Positions 39,601-51,687 of a stretch of DNA of 64,000 bases are shown piece after piece. The DNA comes from an uncultured Methanomassiliicoccus sp. GTDB taxonomy: Archaea; Thermoplasmatota; Thermoplasmata; Methanomassiliicoccales; Methanomassiliicoccaceae. The DNA lies in the NCBI GenBank assembly GCA_905203995.1, contig CAJKXZ010000004.1, positions 28,340 through 92,339 on the forward strand, read 5' to 3'. A program made the position numbers and the translations under genes. How positions within the stretch are numbered: the first letter of the stretch is position 1; the number at the start of each line of letters is the position of its first letter. The notes beneath the pieces were generated by a model. That model ran no database searches, was not told the DNA's origin, and worked only from the letters and a program-made list of their open reading frames with translations.

Positions 39601-40890
39601 ATGGAAATTAAACGGGATCTATATCTGAATCAATTAATTCAGTACCAGTGGGACGGCTTGGTAAAAGTCATTACAGGTATCCGCAGATGTGGAAAATCCT
39701 ATCTGCTCCATGTCCTTTACTACAATCACTTATTATCAAACGGAGTTAAGAAAGAGAATATCATCTCCATTGAACTGGACCTTACCAAAGACTTACGTTT
39801 CAGAAATCCTCTGGAGCTTGCATCATACGTGAGAAATTTAGTTGAAGGCAAGGATGAAAATTATTATCTTTTTATTGATGAAATCCAGATGTCTGATGCT
39901 GTTCTGAATCCCTACAATCCCCACGGTAAAAAGATTACGTTCTATGATGCTTTAAACGATCTAAACAGCCTCAGTAATCTCGATATTTATGTTACGGGAA
40001 GCAATTCCCGGATGCTTTCATCAGACATACTTACAGAATTCAGAGGCAGAAGCAGTGAAATCAGAATGCATCCTCTGAGTTTTTTAGAGTACTACAAGGC
40101 AGTCGGCGGAGATAAGCAGGAGGCTTTCAACACCTATGCTTTTTTCGGCGGGATGCCGTTTATCACCTCAGGTCTGGACGATACTGCAAAAATGAAGTAT
40201 CTTTCTTCACTGGTATCTGAAGTGTATCTCAAGGATATTGTGGATAGAAAAAAGGTAGAAAGGGAAGACGTATTGTCGATGATTCTTGATTTACTCTGTT
40301 CTTCAATAGGTTCGCTTACAAATCCTAATAAAATTGCTGATACATTGCGCTCAAAAGCACACATCAAAGTATCGCAAAATGTAGTTGCGTCATATGTTGA
40401 ACATTTTAAAGATGCATTTTTGTTCTCAGAAAGTAAACGTTACGATGTCAAAGGCAGACATTATTTTGAGTATCCTCACAAATATTACTGTGAAGACATT
40501 GGTTTGAGAAATGCCAGGATAGGATTTAGGCAGCAGGAAATGACGCATATCATGGAGAATATAATTTACAATGAGCTGATCCTGCGCGGATTTTCGGTTG
40601 ATGTTGGTGTAGTGTATTCCCGCGAAATAAATGCGAACGGCAATTCTGTCAGAGTTCCCAGAGAGATCGACTTTGTAGCAAATAAAGGCGGAAAGAGAGT
40701 GTATATCCAGTCTGCATTTGCCCTTCTTACTGAAGAAAAGAAGGAAGCGGAGCTTAAGCCGTTTTTACTGACTGGGGACTCGTTTCCTAAGATTATTATA
40801 CGAAACGACGTTGGAAAGAGATGGTATGATGACACGGGAGTGCTGAATATCGGGCTGATTGATTTTCTTCTTGATGAGAGTGCTATTTGA
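39601..40890 (+). CDS. AAA+ superfamily ATPase with C-terminal DUF4143 (COG1373-like)
   Basis: Walker A GIRRCGKSYLL; Walker B LFIDEIQ. The ORF track starts at 39589 inside the repeat; the ATG at 39601 (MEIKRDLYLNQ) is the more likely start. Confidence 0.7.
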   Translation: MEIKRDLYLNQLIQYQWDGLVKVITGIRRCGKSYLLHVLYYNHLLSNGVKKENIISIELDLTKDLRFRNPLELASYVRNLVEGKDENYYLFIDEIQMSDAVLNPYNPHGKKITFYDALNDLNSLSNLDIYVTGSNSRMLSSDILTEFRGRSSEIRMHPLSFLEYYKAVGGDKQEAFNTYAFFGGMPFITSGLDDTAKMKYLSSLVSEVYLKDIVDRKKVEREDVLSMILDLLCSSIGSLTNPNKIADTLRSKAHIKVSQNVVASYVEHFKDAFLFSESKRYDVKGRHYFEYPHKYYCEDIGLRNARIGFRQQEMTHIMENIIYNELILRGFSVDVGVVYSREINANGNSVRVPREIDFVANKGGKRVYIQSAFALLTEEKKEAELKPFLLTGDSFPKIIIRNDVGKRWYDDTGVLNIGLIDFLLDESAI

Positions 40891-41049
40891 TAAATAAGAG
40901 CTGAATGTAATTTAACCATCCTTTCTAAATATGTAAGGATAAAAGCAAAAAGTAATCAATGACCTCAAATTAGACTTCAATATTTCCATAGGCAAGTGTT
41001 CAGATAATAAAAACAAGAAAAAGGCTGTTTCATCAACAGCCTGATATAT

Positions 41050-43674
<2,625 letters not shown>

Positions 43675-43778
43675 AGTGACTCATTATCTTGAACGAAATG
43701 AGCTATATCAACGTTTTTAATTTAGTATAAAAATAGGAAGCAGGACTGTGGTTGAGACAGTCTGCTTCGGGTTTTCGT

Positions 43779-44858
43779 TTATTCAGTTCTGGTCTTCGCT
43801 ACGGCTTCCGCCTTATTTTTCTCTTGTTCGATGGAAGCTTCGAGATTTTTGAGATCAATGCGCAGCTCTTCGATAGAGGGGATCGGACCGAGAATATCAT
43901 CGGGTTTACCAACTGCCTTTTCGATACTGTCGACATCGGCAATTTCTCTGGCGGGGGTCTGTTTACCGCTGCCTAGATAATCGGAGATGCCTTCCATAAT
44001 GCTGGTAATCTCAAAGGGTATGATCCACTTGGTTGATTCGCCTTGTCCCAGTGACTGCATGGTCTGTAAGGAAAGTACTGTGAGCGCTTTAGAGTCTAAG
44101 GTACTGGCTCCGACGGACATGATACGCAGCTTTTGGGCCTCACCCTGGCTCTGTAAGATAATTGCCAGTCTTTCTCCTTCTGCTTCTAAGACTTTTGACT
44201 GTCTCAGACCTTCAGCCTGCAGGATACGGGATTTCTTCTCACCTTCTGCTTGCAGAATAGCCCCGGTTTTTTCTCCGTCGGCCCTGAGAATTGTTGCTCT
44301 CCTCATTCTTTCGGCAGAGGTCTGCTCTTCCATGGCCTGCTTGACTTTTGGTGCAGGGTCAACTTCTCTGATTTCCACTGCGTCAACTTTTACTCCCCAC
44401 TTGTCGGTAGATTCATCGAGGATGTCTCTGAGGCGCAGGTTAATCTTCTCCCTGCTGGAGAGAATTTCATCTAATTCCATGTCACCGATTACGGAACGGA
44501 GGGTGGTTTGTGCTAAGTACACAGTTGCGGAGCGGTAGTTAGTGACCTGGAAATAAGCTTTAGCCGGGTCAATGACTTTGATGTAAATAATCGCATCAAC
44601 ATTGGTCGGTGAGTTATCTTTGGTAATAACTTCCTGACTGGGGACATCCAAAACTTGTGTACGGAGATCCATTTTGATTACTTGGCTGACGATAGGTGTG
44701 ACGACATTAATACCGGGATTCAGTACTCTCATGAAGGTACCCAGTCTAATGTATATCCCTTGTTCATAGGGGCTAATAATCTTTACACTCCCGTACACTA
44801 TTGCTAGCACTACGATGATAGCGAAGACCGTAAGACCCAATATTAGGTTTTGATCCAT
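43779..44858 (-). CDS. SPFH/band-7 (stomatin/prohibitin-like) protein with C-terminal repeated coiled-coil segment
   Basis: SPFH core (IDLRTQVLDVPSQEVITKDN..) and a repetitive tail QAEGEKKSRILQAEGLRQSKVLEAEGERLA. Confidence 0.85.
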   Translation of the reverse strand: MDQNLILGLTVFAIIVVLAIVYGSVKIISPYEQGIYIRLGTFMRVLNPGINVVTPIVSQVIKMDLRTQVLDVPSQEVITKDNSPTNVDAIIYIKVIDPAKAYFQVTNYRSATVYLAQTTLRSVIGDMELDEILSSREKINLRLRDILDESTDKWGVKVDAVEIREVDPAPKVKQAMEEQTSAERMRRATILRADGEKTGAILQAEGEKKSRILQAEGLRQSKVLEAEGERLAIILQSQGEAQKLRIMSVGASTLDSKALTVLSLQTMQSLGQGESTKWIIPFEITSIMEGISDYLGSGKQTPAREIADVDSIEKAVGKPDDILGPIPSIEELRIDLKNLEASIEQEKNKAEAVAKTRTE

Positions 44859-44957
44859 TTGAATGACCTCACTTACTTACTCATGTATAGATACTTAAAA
44901 CAATTTTATTTTTAAAATGGTTAAAAATTAAGAAAAATTGAAGGCGAACCTTCAATT

Positions 44958-45665
44958 TTAGAATTCAGCGACGTGTACGCCGTTCTCGTTTTTGGAAACA
45001 ACTTTAACTTCCGTGCCGGCGTAGATATTGCAGTCGGCAGTGGCATTAAAGACTTCATCACCGATTTTGACTTTACCAGTTCCCAGGCCAGGTGAGATTA
45101 AAGTCACTACTAGTGCTTTCTCGCCATCGGCAACGGCGGCGGCTTTAGGCTTGCTTGGCTCGTTGCTGATTGTTTTGGCTGGTGGCTGGTTAGCCTTGCT
45201 TTGTTCATATTCTTCGAGTGAGATTTCTTCGACAGTGACGTGGACTCCTTCGGAAGCTACAACTTTGACGGGGGTGCCGGCTGCGATATTGCCGCTAGCC
45301 TCAGCACTCCAGACTTCACCATCGATTCTGACTTTGCCGAGCATGGTAGTGGGTGTAATCATGGTTGTTACGACACCGGTACGTCCTACGAGTGAAGTTC
45401 CCACCAAAGTCTCCGGTGGAGCTACGGGTGACAGTCTCTTGTATAACTGGATACTTCCGATCGAGGCAACAATCAGTACAACCACGGCTAAAAGGGGTGA
45501 ATAGTACGTGAAGAGTTGATCTGGGAAAATTACGAACACAGCACCCAATACGGTGAGGATGGTTGCAGGAATAATTATGAAATTACCGGGCGCTGCTGCT
45601 TCAGCGACCAGCAGAATAATGCCGATAATCAGCATGATAATTGCAACCGTAAACTCGTCTATCAT
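44958..45665 (-). CDS. NfeD-like membrane protein with two OB-fold domains (stomatin operon partner)
   Basis: N-terminal TM helices, then two repeats of G.VKI.GEVW.A.A...I..GT.VKVV; located directly upstream of the SPFH gene, in the canonical nfeD-stomatin arrangement. Confidence 0.7.
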   Translation of the reverse strand: MIDEFTVAIIMLIIGIILLVAEAAAPGNFIIIPATILTVLGAVFVIFPDQLFTYYSPLLAVVVLIVASIGSIQLYKRLSPVAPPETLVGTSLVGRTGVVTTMITPTTMLGKVRIDGEVWSAEASGNIAAGTPVKVVASEGVHVTVEEISLEEYEQSKANQPPAKTISNEPSKPKAAAVADGEKALVVTLISPGLGTGKVKIGDEVFNATADCNIYAGTEVKVVSKNENGVHVAEF

Positions 45666-45787
45666 ACCATGGTAATTGCGGTTTACAATTATAAAGGGTC
45701 CTATGCATAACGGGTAATATTCAGTGTTTTTTCGAGATTCGTATTATTTTTCAGGAAATATTTCAGAATTCGTGTGAATATTGCAAA

Positions 45788-46903
45788 GTGTGGCGGCGGA
45801 CGCTTCAAATAGGCAAAGATGACATAGAATTAGAGGTGAAAACCGAGTCAACAACTCCGTTGCTGTCCTTTGCCGGCCGCGTTGATGCTAGCGAGATGGT
45901 GCAGCTTTTGCAGAGTGTTCCAGCTTGGCCTGGTTTTAAACACCGTGGTTCTCAGGAAGACTTCTGGCATTGGCGTTATGATCAAAGCCAAGCTGAAAAA
46001 CTCATCAGTGTGATCTATGCTGATGGCAAACCGATCTCGCATGCGGCCGCTTTGCCGATGGCTATCTGCATCAACGGTAAGGTGCTCAAAGGGGTGCAGT
46101 GGTCTGATTTTTGCACGGCACCGGAATTTCGCAATCAGGGGTTGATTGAAAAAGCCGTAAAAAATCTGGAAGAGGCCGAGATCGCTACGGGCATTGAGGT
46201 GGATTTTGCCTTTCCTTCCCCGCGGGGCTATAACATCGCCCTCAACGCCGGTTTATTGGAAATTCCTGCTAAGTTCAAACAATACGAGTTAATCATCGAT
46301 CCCGAAGATTTTTTTGGCAACAGCAAAACGGGAAAAATGAAAAAAATCGCTTATAATACCAGCCTGTATCTCAAAGCCAACGATACCAGCCGTATCAAGG
46401 GCATCCGGCTGGAGGAAGTTAGCGAATTCCCCGCCGACATTGAAGAACTAACCATCGACTTTGAAAAGTATTATGACATCACGCTCAGACACAGCCGGGC
46501 TTACCTCAATCATCGTTATTTAACACCGGAAGGCGGTGAATTTACGGTAGTCGTGGCTAAGCGCAATGGCCAATCCTGCGGCTATCTGGTGATGAAGTGT
46601 TACACCGTTAATGACGTCAACTACGTAGACATCGTTGACCTCTGTGCTGATGCCCATGCTGTGGTCAAAATGCTGCTGAATTATGCTGAAGATTTCTGTC
46701 AAAAAAATGAATCAGATACGCTGCACATCTGGCTTTCCAGTACTGACTGGCTCAGCTATGATGTCCTTCGTTATGGTTTCAAAGCGATCAAACCGTTAGC
46801 CGGTGAGCGGATTATGCGCTTTTTAATGAGAAGGTTTGATCGGGGGCCGATTCCCGAAAATCCTGTTTGTCATCTGGTTTTAGGCGATTCGGATTGGGTA
46901 TAG
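45788..46903 (+). CDS. Two-domain GNAT-fold acyltransferase-like protein
   Basis: GNAT motif A (FRNQGLIEKAV) in the first half; the second half has a similar fold pattern. Confidence 0.45.
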   Translation: MWRRTLQIGKDDIELEVKTESTTPLLSFAGRVDASEMVQLLQSVPAWPGFKHRGSQEDFWHWRYDQSQAEKLISVIYADGKPISHAAALPMAICINGKVLKGVQWSDFCTAPEFRNQGLIEKAVKNLEEAEIATGIEVDFAFPSPRGYNIALNAGLLEIPAKFKQYELIIDPEDFFGNSKTGKMKKIAYNTSLYLKANDTSRIKGIRLEEVSEFPADIEELTIDFEKYYDITLRHSRAYLNHRYLTPEGGEFTVVVAKRNGQSCGYLVMKCYTVNDVNYVDIVDLCADAHAVVKMLLNYAEDFCQKNESDTLHIWLSSTDWLSYDVLRYGFKAIKPLAGERIMRFLMRRFDRGPIPENPVCHLVLGDSDWV

Positions 46904-46940
46904 AGAAATCACCATATAGTCTGCCGCTGTTGAAGGCCCC

Positions 46941-47876
46941 ATGGTTTCCACCTTCCGTCAGTACTGTTACTATGCCGGCTGGTTTTTCAAATCTAAGTTG
47001 GGTAAGAAGAAGCCCTTGGTCAACACGATGATCATCGGTTACAGCTGTAATCTGCATTGTAAGCACTGTTCGGTAATCGCACACAATGATGAAATTTCCG
47101 GCAGCCACACGTTACCTTATGAAACGGCGGTAGCGGAAATGGAGCGGGAATTTGCCAATGGCGCCCGTATCATTTTCTTTGAAGGAGGAGAACCGACCAT
47201 CTGGAAAAGCGGTGAGAAATCTTTTCCTGATCTGGTGGCCGAGGCCAGACGTATTGGCTATTATGTAATCGGCTATACGACCAACGGTACCGGCCAGATT
47301 TATGAAAACTGCGACGTGATTTCCGTCAGTCTTGACGGTCCGCCGGCGATCCACGATGCCATCCGCGGGGAAGGTGTATATGACAAGCTGATGGCCAACA
47401 TCGCGCAGCTGCAGCATACTAACATTTTCGCTAATCTGGTGGTGATGGAACACAACAAACATGCAATCCGGGAGACCTTGGAAATCGTGCAGAATCATCC
47501 GCAGATCAGCGGCCTGATGGTTAATTTCCTCACCCCACCGCCTTATGAAATCGCCGTCTCCCATGAAGACAAAGTGCAGATCGTGGAAGAACTCCTGCAG
47601 TTTAAAAAAGAAGGCTTGCCAGTACTGAATACTGAAAATGCGCTGAAAGAACTGCTGATCGCAGATTACTCTGAAAAATGTCCCCGCTGGGTTTCAGTCT
47701 TTACTACTCCTGACGGGGCAAAATTCAACGGCTGTCCGGCAGCTGGTACCGACTCCTGCAAAAACTGCGGTTTCGATGCCGTGCGTGAGTACCGTTTGAT
47801 CCTGGATTTCAATCTCGAAACCGTTTTGAAAATGTCTAAGCAGTTCGCCTTGACTAATAAAAATGCCCAGCGTTAA
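46941..47876 (+). CDS. Radical SAM protein with C-terminal SPASM/twitch-like Cys cluster
   Basis: CNLHCKHC (Cx3Cx2C), then a GGEP motif, and C-terminal CPRW...CPAAGTDSCKNCG. Confidence 0.7.
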   Translation: MVSTFRQYCYYAGWFFKSKLGKKKPLVNTMIIGYSCNLHCKHCSVIAHNDEISGSHTLPYETAVAEMEREFANGARIIFFEGGEPTIWKSGEKSFPDLVAEARRIGYYVIGYTTNGTGQIYENCDVISVSLDGPPAIHDAIRGEGVYDKLMANIAQLQHTNIFANLVVMEHNKHAIRETLEIVQNHPQISGLMVNFLTPPPYEIAVSHEDKVQIVEELLQFKKEGLPVLNTENALKELLIADYSEKCPRWVSVFTTPDGAKFNGCPAAGTDSCKNCGFDAVREYRLILDFNLETVLKMSKQFALTNKNAQR

Positions 47877-48032
47877 ACAGTGAGGCAACTGGACAATCTG
47901 GAAGCTGCTCCTGACCGGCAGATCTTGGCGAGTTTTTAGCTCGCTAAGACTTATTGCTGTGGGATTTAGCAGCAGTCGATGCCGCCTCACGCTACCTAAG
48001 GATTATTAGGTAAAAGCGGATAAGCATCATTC

Positions 48033-48689
48033 ATGGTAAAAGTAGCCCCATCCATTCTTTCCGCTGATTTTAGTAAATTAGGTGAGGAGATCAAGCGCCT
48101 CGAGCACGCCGGTGCCGATTGGATCCACATCGATGTTATGGATGGAGTTTTCGTGCCGAATATTACCATCGGCCAGGCCGTGGTTAAAAATCTGCGGCCT
48201 TGTACTGCTCTGCCGTTTGACGTTCATTTGATGATTACCAAACCCGAACGCTATGTTAAGGAATTTGCCGCAGCTGGTGCTGATTATATCACCATCCATC
48301 AGGAAGCATCAGATGAGATAACTGCTACCTTGGAAGAAATTCATGCCTGCGGTAAAAAAGCCGGTCTTTCTCTTAATCCGGAAACCTCTTTTAATGCCGT
48401 AATTCCTTATCTGGATAAAATCGATCTGCTGTTGGTGATGACTGTCCACCCTGGCTTTGGCGGCCAGGCTTTCATGGCTGAGTGTTTGCCGAAAGTACAA
48501 GCCGCAAAGAATCTTGTGGAAGAAAACGGCTACCAGCTGGAGATTTCCGTGGACGGCGGCATTAACTACGAGACGGGTCAGCAAGCGGTGACGGCCGGGG
48601 CTTCCGTCTTAGCTGCCGGCAGTGCCATCTTCAAAGCTCCAAATATGCAGCGTGAAATTCAGCAATGGCATGAGCTGTCTCGTCAGTGA
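48033..48689 (+). CDS. rpe: Ribulose-phosphate 3-epimerase
   Basis: PSILSADF, HIDVMDG.FVPN, MTV.PGFGGQ.F motifs. Confidence 0.85.
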   Translation: MVKVAPSILSADFSKLGEEIKRLEHAGADWIHIDVMDGVFVPNITIGQAVVKNLRPCTALPFDVHLMITKPERYVKEFAAAGADYITIHQEASDEITATLEEIHACGKKAGLSLNPETSFNAVIPYLDKIDLLLVMTVHPGFGGQAFMAECLPKVQAAKNLVEENGYQLEISVDGGINYETGQQAVTAGASVLAAGSAIFKAPNMQREIQQWHELSRQ

Positions 48690-48707
48690 AGGTTTACTCA
48701 GCCGTTA

Positions 48708-49700
48708 TTGTTATATGCGGCATTTCAGTTACCGGGAACTATGGAAACGGTGAACAGCTGCAGCCAGGGTCTGGCTTGGAAAGCTAAAGAAGTGCTGAGA
48801 ATCGCTTATACTCTGCCTTTTGTCATGGCCGCAGTTGCCGGAGTAGCTTTTGCGATGACCGTTTCTGCTGAATGGCTGTTGGCGTTACTCATTCCTTTGG
48901 ATGTTTTCTTCCTGGCCATGCTGGTTAATTTTTCCAATGATTATTTTGACCATAAAAGCGGAGTTGATAAACTTCGTTTTGAATGCCTAGATGATGAAAA
49001 TTTCCTGCAGCAGTTGAAAGGCTTGACGGACGGCAAAGTCTATTGGGAAGGCAATTCTTTAGATCGGGGAATAATTACCAGCCAGCAGGGAAAACTGCTG
49101 TTGATGGTGATTCTTGCCTGTACAATTATTGTTTCGTTACCGATTATTTATTTAACCGGCGTGATTTCGCTGGTGCTAGGCGGCCTGGCTCTGCTTTTAG
49201 TGCTCTTTTATACCATGCCCCCGGTTAATCTCGGTGCCCGCGGATTTGGCGAACTTGATGTTTTCTGCTCTTTCTTTTGCATTCCCTTTTTCTCCTTCTT
49301 CGTGATCACGATGGAGTTTAATTACACCGTCTTCTTCGTTTCTCTGGCAATCGGCTGCGGGGCAATGCTGATGCGTATTGCCGATGAAGTTCCCGGTTAT
49401 GACGCACACATCGCCATGGGTGAGAAAAATCTCGTAGTGAGATTGGGTAAAGACAAACTGCCGCTGCTCGAATGGACGCTGATCGGCCTTGTTTACCTGA
49501 TGGTGGCTTTCGCTGCCGTTACTAATCCTTGGTTCCTTCTGCTCTTCCTCACTCTGCCTCTGCCGTTAAAGGCCATGAATGATCTCAAAATTGAGGATGA
49601 TGTGAAGTACTGGCGGCCGCTCACCAAGTTCATGTTTATGACGACCTGCATCGCCCTTTTGACGGTAGTCGCCTTAGCTCTGCAGACTTTGTTGTCATAA
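48708..49700 (+). CDS. UbiA-family aromatic/isoprenoid prenyltransferase (membrane)
   Basis: 8-9 TM helices, first Asp-rich motif NDYFDHKSGVD, and a second D-rich region near ADEVPGYDAH. Confidence 0.65.
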   Translation: MLYAAFQLPGTMETVNSCSQGLAWKAKEVLRIAYTLPFVMAAVAGVAFAMTVSAEWLLALLIPLDVFFLAMLVNFSNDYFDHKSGVDKLRFECLDDENFLQQLKGLTDGKVYWEGNSLDRGIITSQQGKLLLMVILACTIIVSLPIIYLTGVISLVLGGLALLLVLFYTMPPVNLGARGFGELDVFCSFFCIPFFSFFVITMEFNYTVFFVSLAIGCGAMLMRIADEVPGYDAHIAMGEKNLVVRLGKDKLPLLEWTLIGLVYLMVAFAAVTNPWFLLLFLTLPLPLKAMNDLKIEDDVKYWRPLTKFMFMTTCIALLTVVALALQTLLS

Positions 49701-49801
49701 TCTAGACAACATTTTCTTAAACTCTAAAACTAAAAGCCACCAATCTCTGAAGGCTGATTTCCCAAGAAAATTATATACCTTGTAAGGAGAATGCGTTAGT
49801 T

Positions 49802-49996
49802 ATGTCCGAAGACGTATGTGGAATTGAAGGCTGTTCTGCACCTGCTGTAAAGTCCTATGCTGCCAAAGCCTGTACGGAAGCAGGTCTCAAACCGGCTAAT
49901 GATAAAGCCAAGCGCGTACACCTTTGCAAAGAACACAACAAGCAAATGAAGAAAGCGACTAAGACCGATCGTAAACTGGACGCCCTGAGCAGATGA
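49802..49996 (+). CDS. Small basic hypothetical protein (64 aa) upstream of rnz
   Basis: Listed only because it is co-oriented with and abuts the rnz gene; an overlapping - strand ORF also exists. Confidence 0.2.
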   Translation: MSEDVCGIEGCSAPAVKSYAAKACTEAGLKPANDKAKRVHLCKEHNKQMKKATKTDRKLDALSR

Positions 49997-50006
49997 TGAT
50001 TCGTTC

Positions 50007-50915
50007 ATGAATCTGACTTTTTTAGGCACTGGTGGCGGTCTCCCCTCTCCTCAGCGGGGGGTGAGCGCAGTCGCTCTTCAGTACGGGCGGGAGATCCTGC
50101 TCTTTGATTGTGGTGAGGGTACACAGCGGCAGTTCATGAATGCTTCACTATCCTTCATGAAAATCAGCTCAATTTTCATCACTCATCTGCACGGCGACCA
50201 TATCCTGGGCATTCCTGGCTTAATGCAGTCAATGAATCTTTCGGGACGCACTGAACCGCTGGCGGTTTTTGGTCCAGCCGGTACGCGGGACTTTATGCAG
50301 GCCGCTTTAGCGCTGGGCTACTTTAATCCTGATTATGAGATTAAGACCTGTGAATTAGCACCTGGTGAAGCGGTGGAAGTTGCAGGATTGATGGTAAAAG
50401 CCGTAGCTGCTGACCACACTGTTCCGGCAATTTCTTTCATCATCCAGGAACCGCCGCGCAAAGGAAAATTCTCTAAGAAGGCAGCTAAAGAACTGGGCAT
50501 TCCCGAAGGTCCTCTTTACGGGAAGCTGCAGAACGGACTGAGCGTCAATGTAAATGGAAAAGTCATCGAGCCTTCGATGGTCATGGGTCCGCCGCGGAAA
50601 GGGCGGAAAATTGCCTATTCCGGCGATACCCGCCCTACGGCCGCCTTTGCCGCTGCCGCCGCTGACTGTGAGGTAATGATTCATGAATCAACAGTCATGG
50701 CTGATTTAGAAGAACAGGGTCTAGAATTCGGACATTCTTCAGCCGCTGCCGCCGCCAAGATTGCTAAAGCGGCAGGAGCCAAGAAATTAATTTTAACTCA
50801 TTTTTCTAACCGTTATGAGGATCTCGCAGAAATTGAAGCAGAAGCACAGGAAATTTTCCCGGAAACAATGGCGGCTGCTGATTTTTACAGCTTGGAGATA
50901 AACTACTCAGAATGA
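50007..50915 (+). CDS. rnz: Ribonuclease Z (tRNA 3' endonuclease, short form)
   Basis: MBL motif HLHGDHILG; N-terminal FLGTGGGLPS; ~300 aa. Confidence 0.8.
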   Translation: MNLTFLGTGGGLPSPQRGVSAVALQYGREILLFDCGEGTQRQFMNASLSFMKISSIFITHLHGDHILGIPGLMQSMNLSGRTEPLAVFGPAGTRDFMQAALALGYFNPDYEIKTCELAPGEAVEVAGLMVKAVAADHTVPAISFIIQEPPRKGKFSKKAAKELGIPEGPLYGKLQNGLSVNVNGKVIEPSMVMGPPRKGRKIAYSGDTRPTAAFAAAAADCEVMIHESTVMADLEEQGLEFGHSSAAAAAKIAKAAGAKKLILTHFSNRYEDLAEIEAEAQEIFPETMAAADFYSLEINYSE

Positions 50916-50996
50916 GATAAATCTGCTCTAAAAAGATTATATTTCCTATATTTTTCACCGGTAGTTCTATATGGCTTATGGCCCTATTACTATTCG

Positions 50997-51581
50997 ATGA
51001 AACTAATAGAACGTCCTAAATATGGACCGTTGCACCGTTTCACAGACTATCACGTGTACAAGACACTTTCCGTGCTTTCTGACGGTACTCGCAAAGGTAG
51101 GAAGCAATTAGCTGATAAGGTAGGCGTAGGCGAAGGCAGCATGCGTACTATCGTCGAATGTATTCGCGATAAGGGTTATATCGACGTCAAACAGACGGGG
51201 ATTAAAATTACCAAAAAAGGCAGTGAATTTTTCAATACCATTCCTCTGCAGATTTATACACTTGGTGAATCTGATCTGGTCCACGGCAAAAGCGGCGTCG
51301 CCGTACAGGTCAAAGGAGTCGCCAGTAAAATCGGTTCAGGGATGGAACAGCGTGACCGGGCGATGATCGCCGGTGCTGATGGTGCCACTACCGTTCTGGT
51401 TAAAAAAGGAAAATTACAGATCCCCGGTGATATTGATCTGGAAAGCATCTATCCTGACACCGCTTCGACACTCAATAAGCTGTTTGATCTGGAAGATGAA
51501 GATATTGTTATTATCGGAACTTCTGCCCAACTGGAATGTGCAGAAGAAGGCGCCGTTGCGGCAGCTTTAGATCTCTTATAA
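50997..51581 (+). CDS. Second copy of the wHTH-like uncharacterised protein (paralogue of 1891..2481)
   Basis: Shares KYGP.HRFTD, VGVGEGSMRTI, NTIPLQI and C-terminal EEGAVAAALDLL with the first copy. Confidence 0.55.
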   Translation: MKLIERPKYGPLHRFTDYHVYKTLSVLSDGTRKGRKQLADKVGVGEGSMRTIVECIRDKGYIDVKQTGIKITKKGSEFFNTIPLQIYTLGESDLVHGKSGVAVQVKGVASKIGSGMEQRDRAMIAGADGATTVLVKKGKLQIPGDIDLESIYPDTASTLNKLFDLEDEDIVIIGTSAQLECAEEGAVAAALDLL

Positions 51582-51687
51582 GTTTTTTCCATTTTCCGCT
51601 CGTCAACAGTTGTTGATTGAGACGGATAATTTTAATAATTATTGATTAGGATTTTAAAAAGATAAAAAAAGGGGTTTGGAGTCTGGC

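Noticed and set aside
47877-48032. Possible structured RNA between the radical SAM gene and rpe (hairpin CTTGGCGAG-TTTTTAG-CTCGCTAAG and a longer-range GTGAGGC/GCCTCAC pairing)
   Set aside because: Only simple hairpins with no recognisable ncRNA family signature; probably a terminator-like element.
49796-50029. Minus-strand 77-aa ORF overlapping the small + strand ORF before rnz
   Set aside because: Neither ORF has motifs; the + strand version is co-oriented with rnz and is kept only at low confidence.
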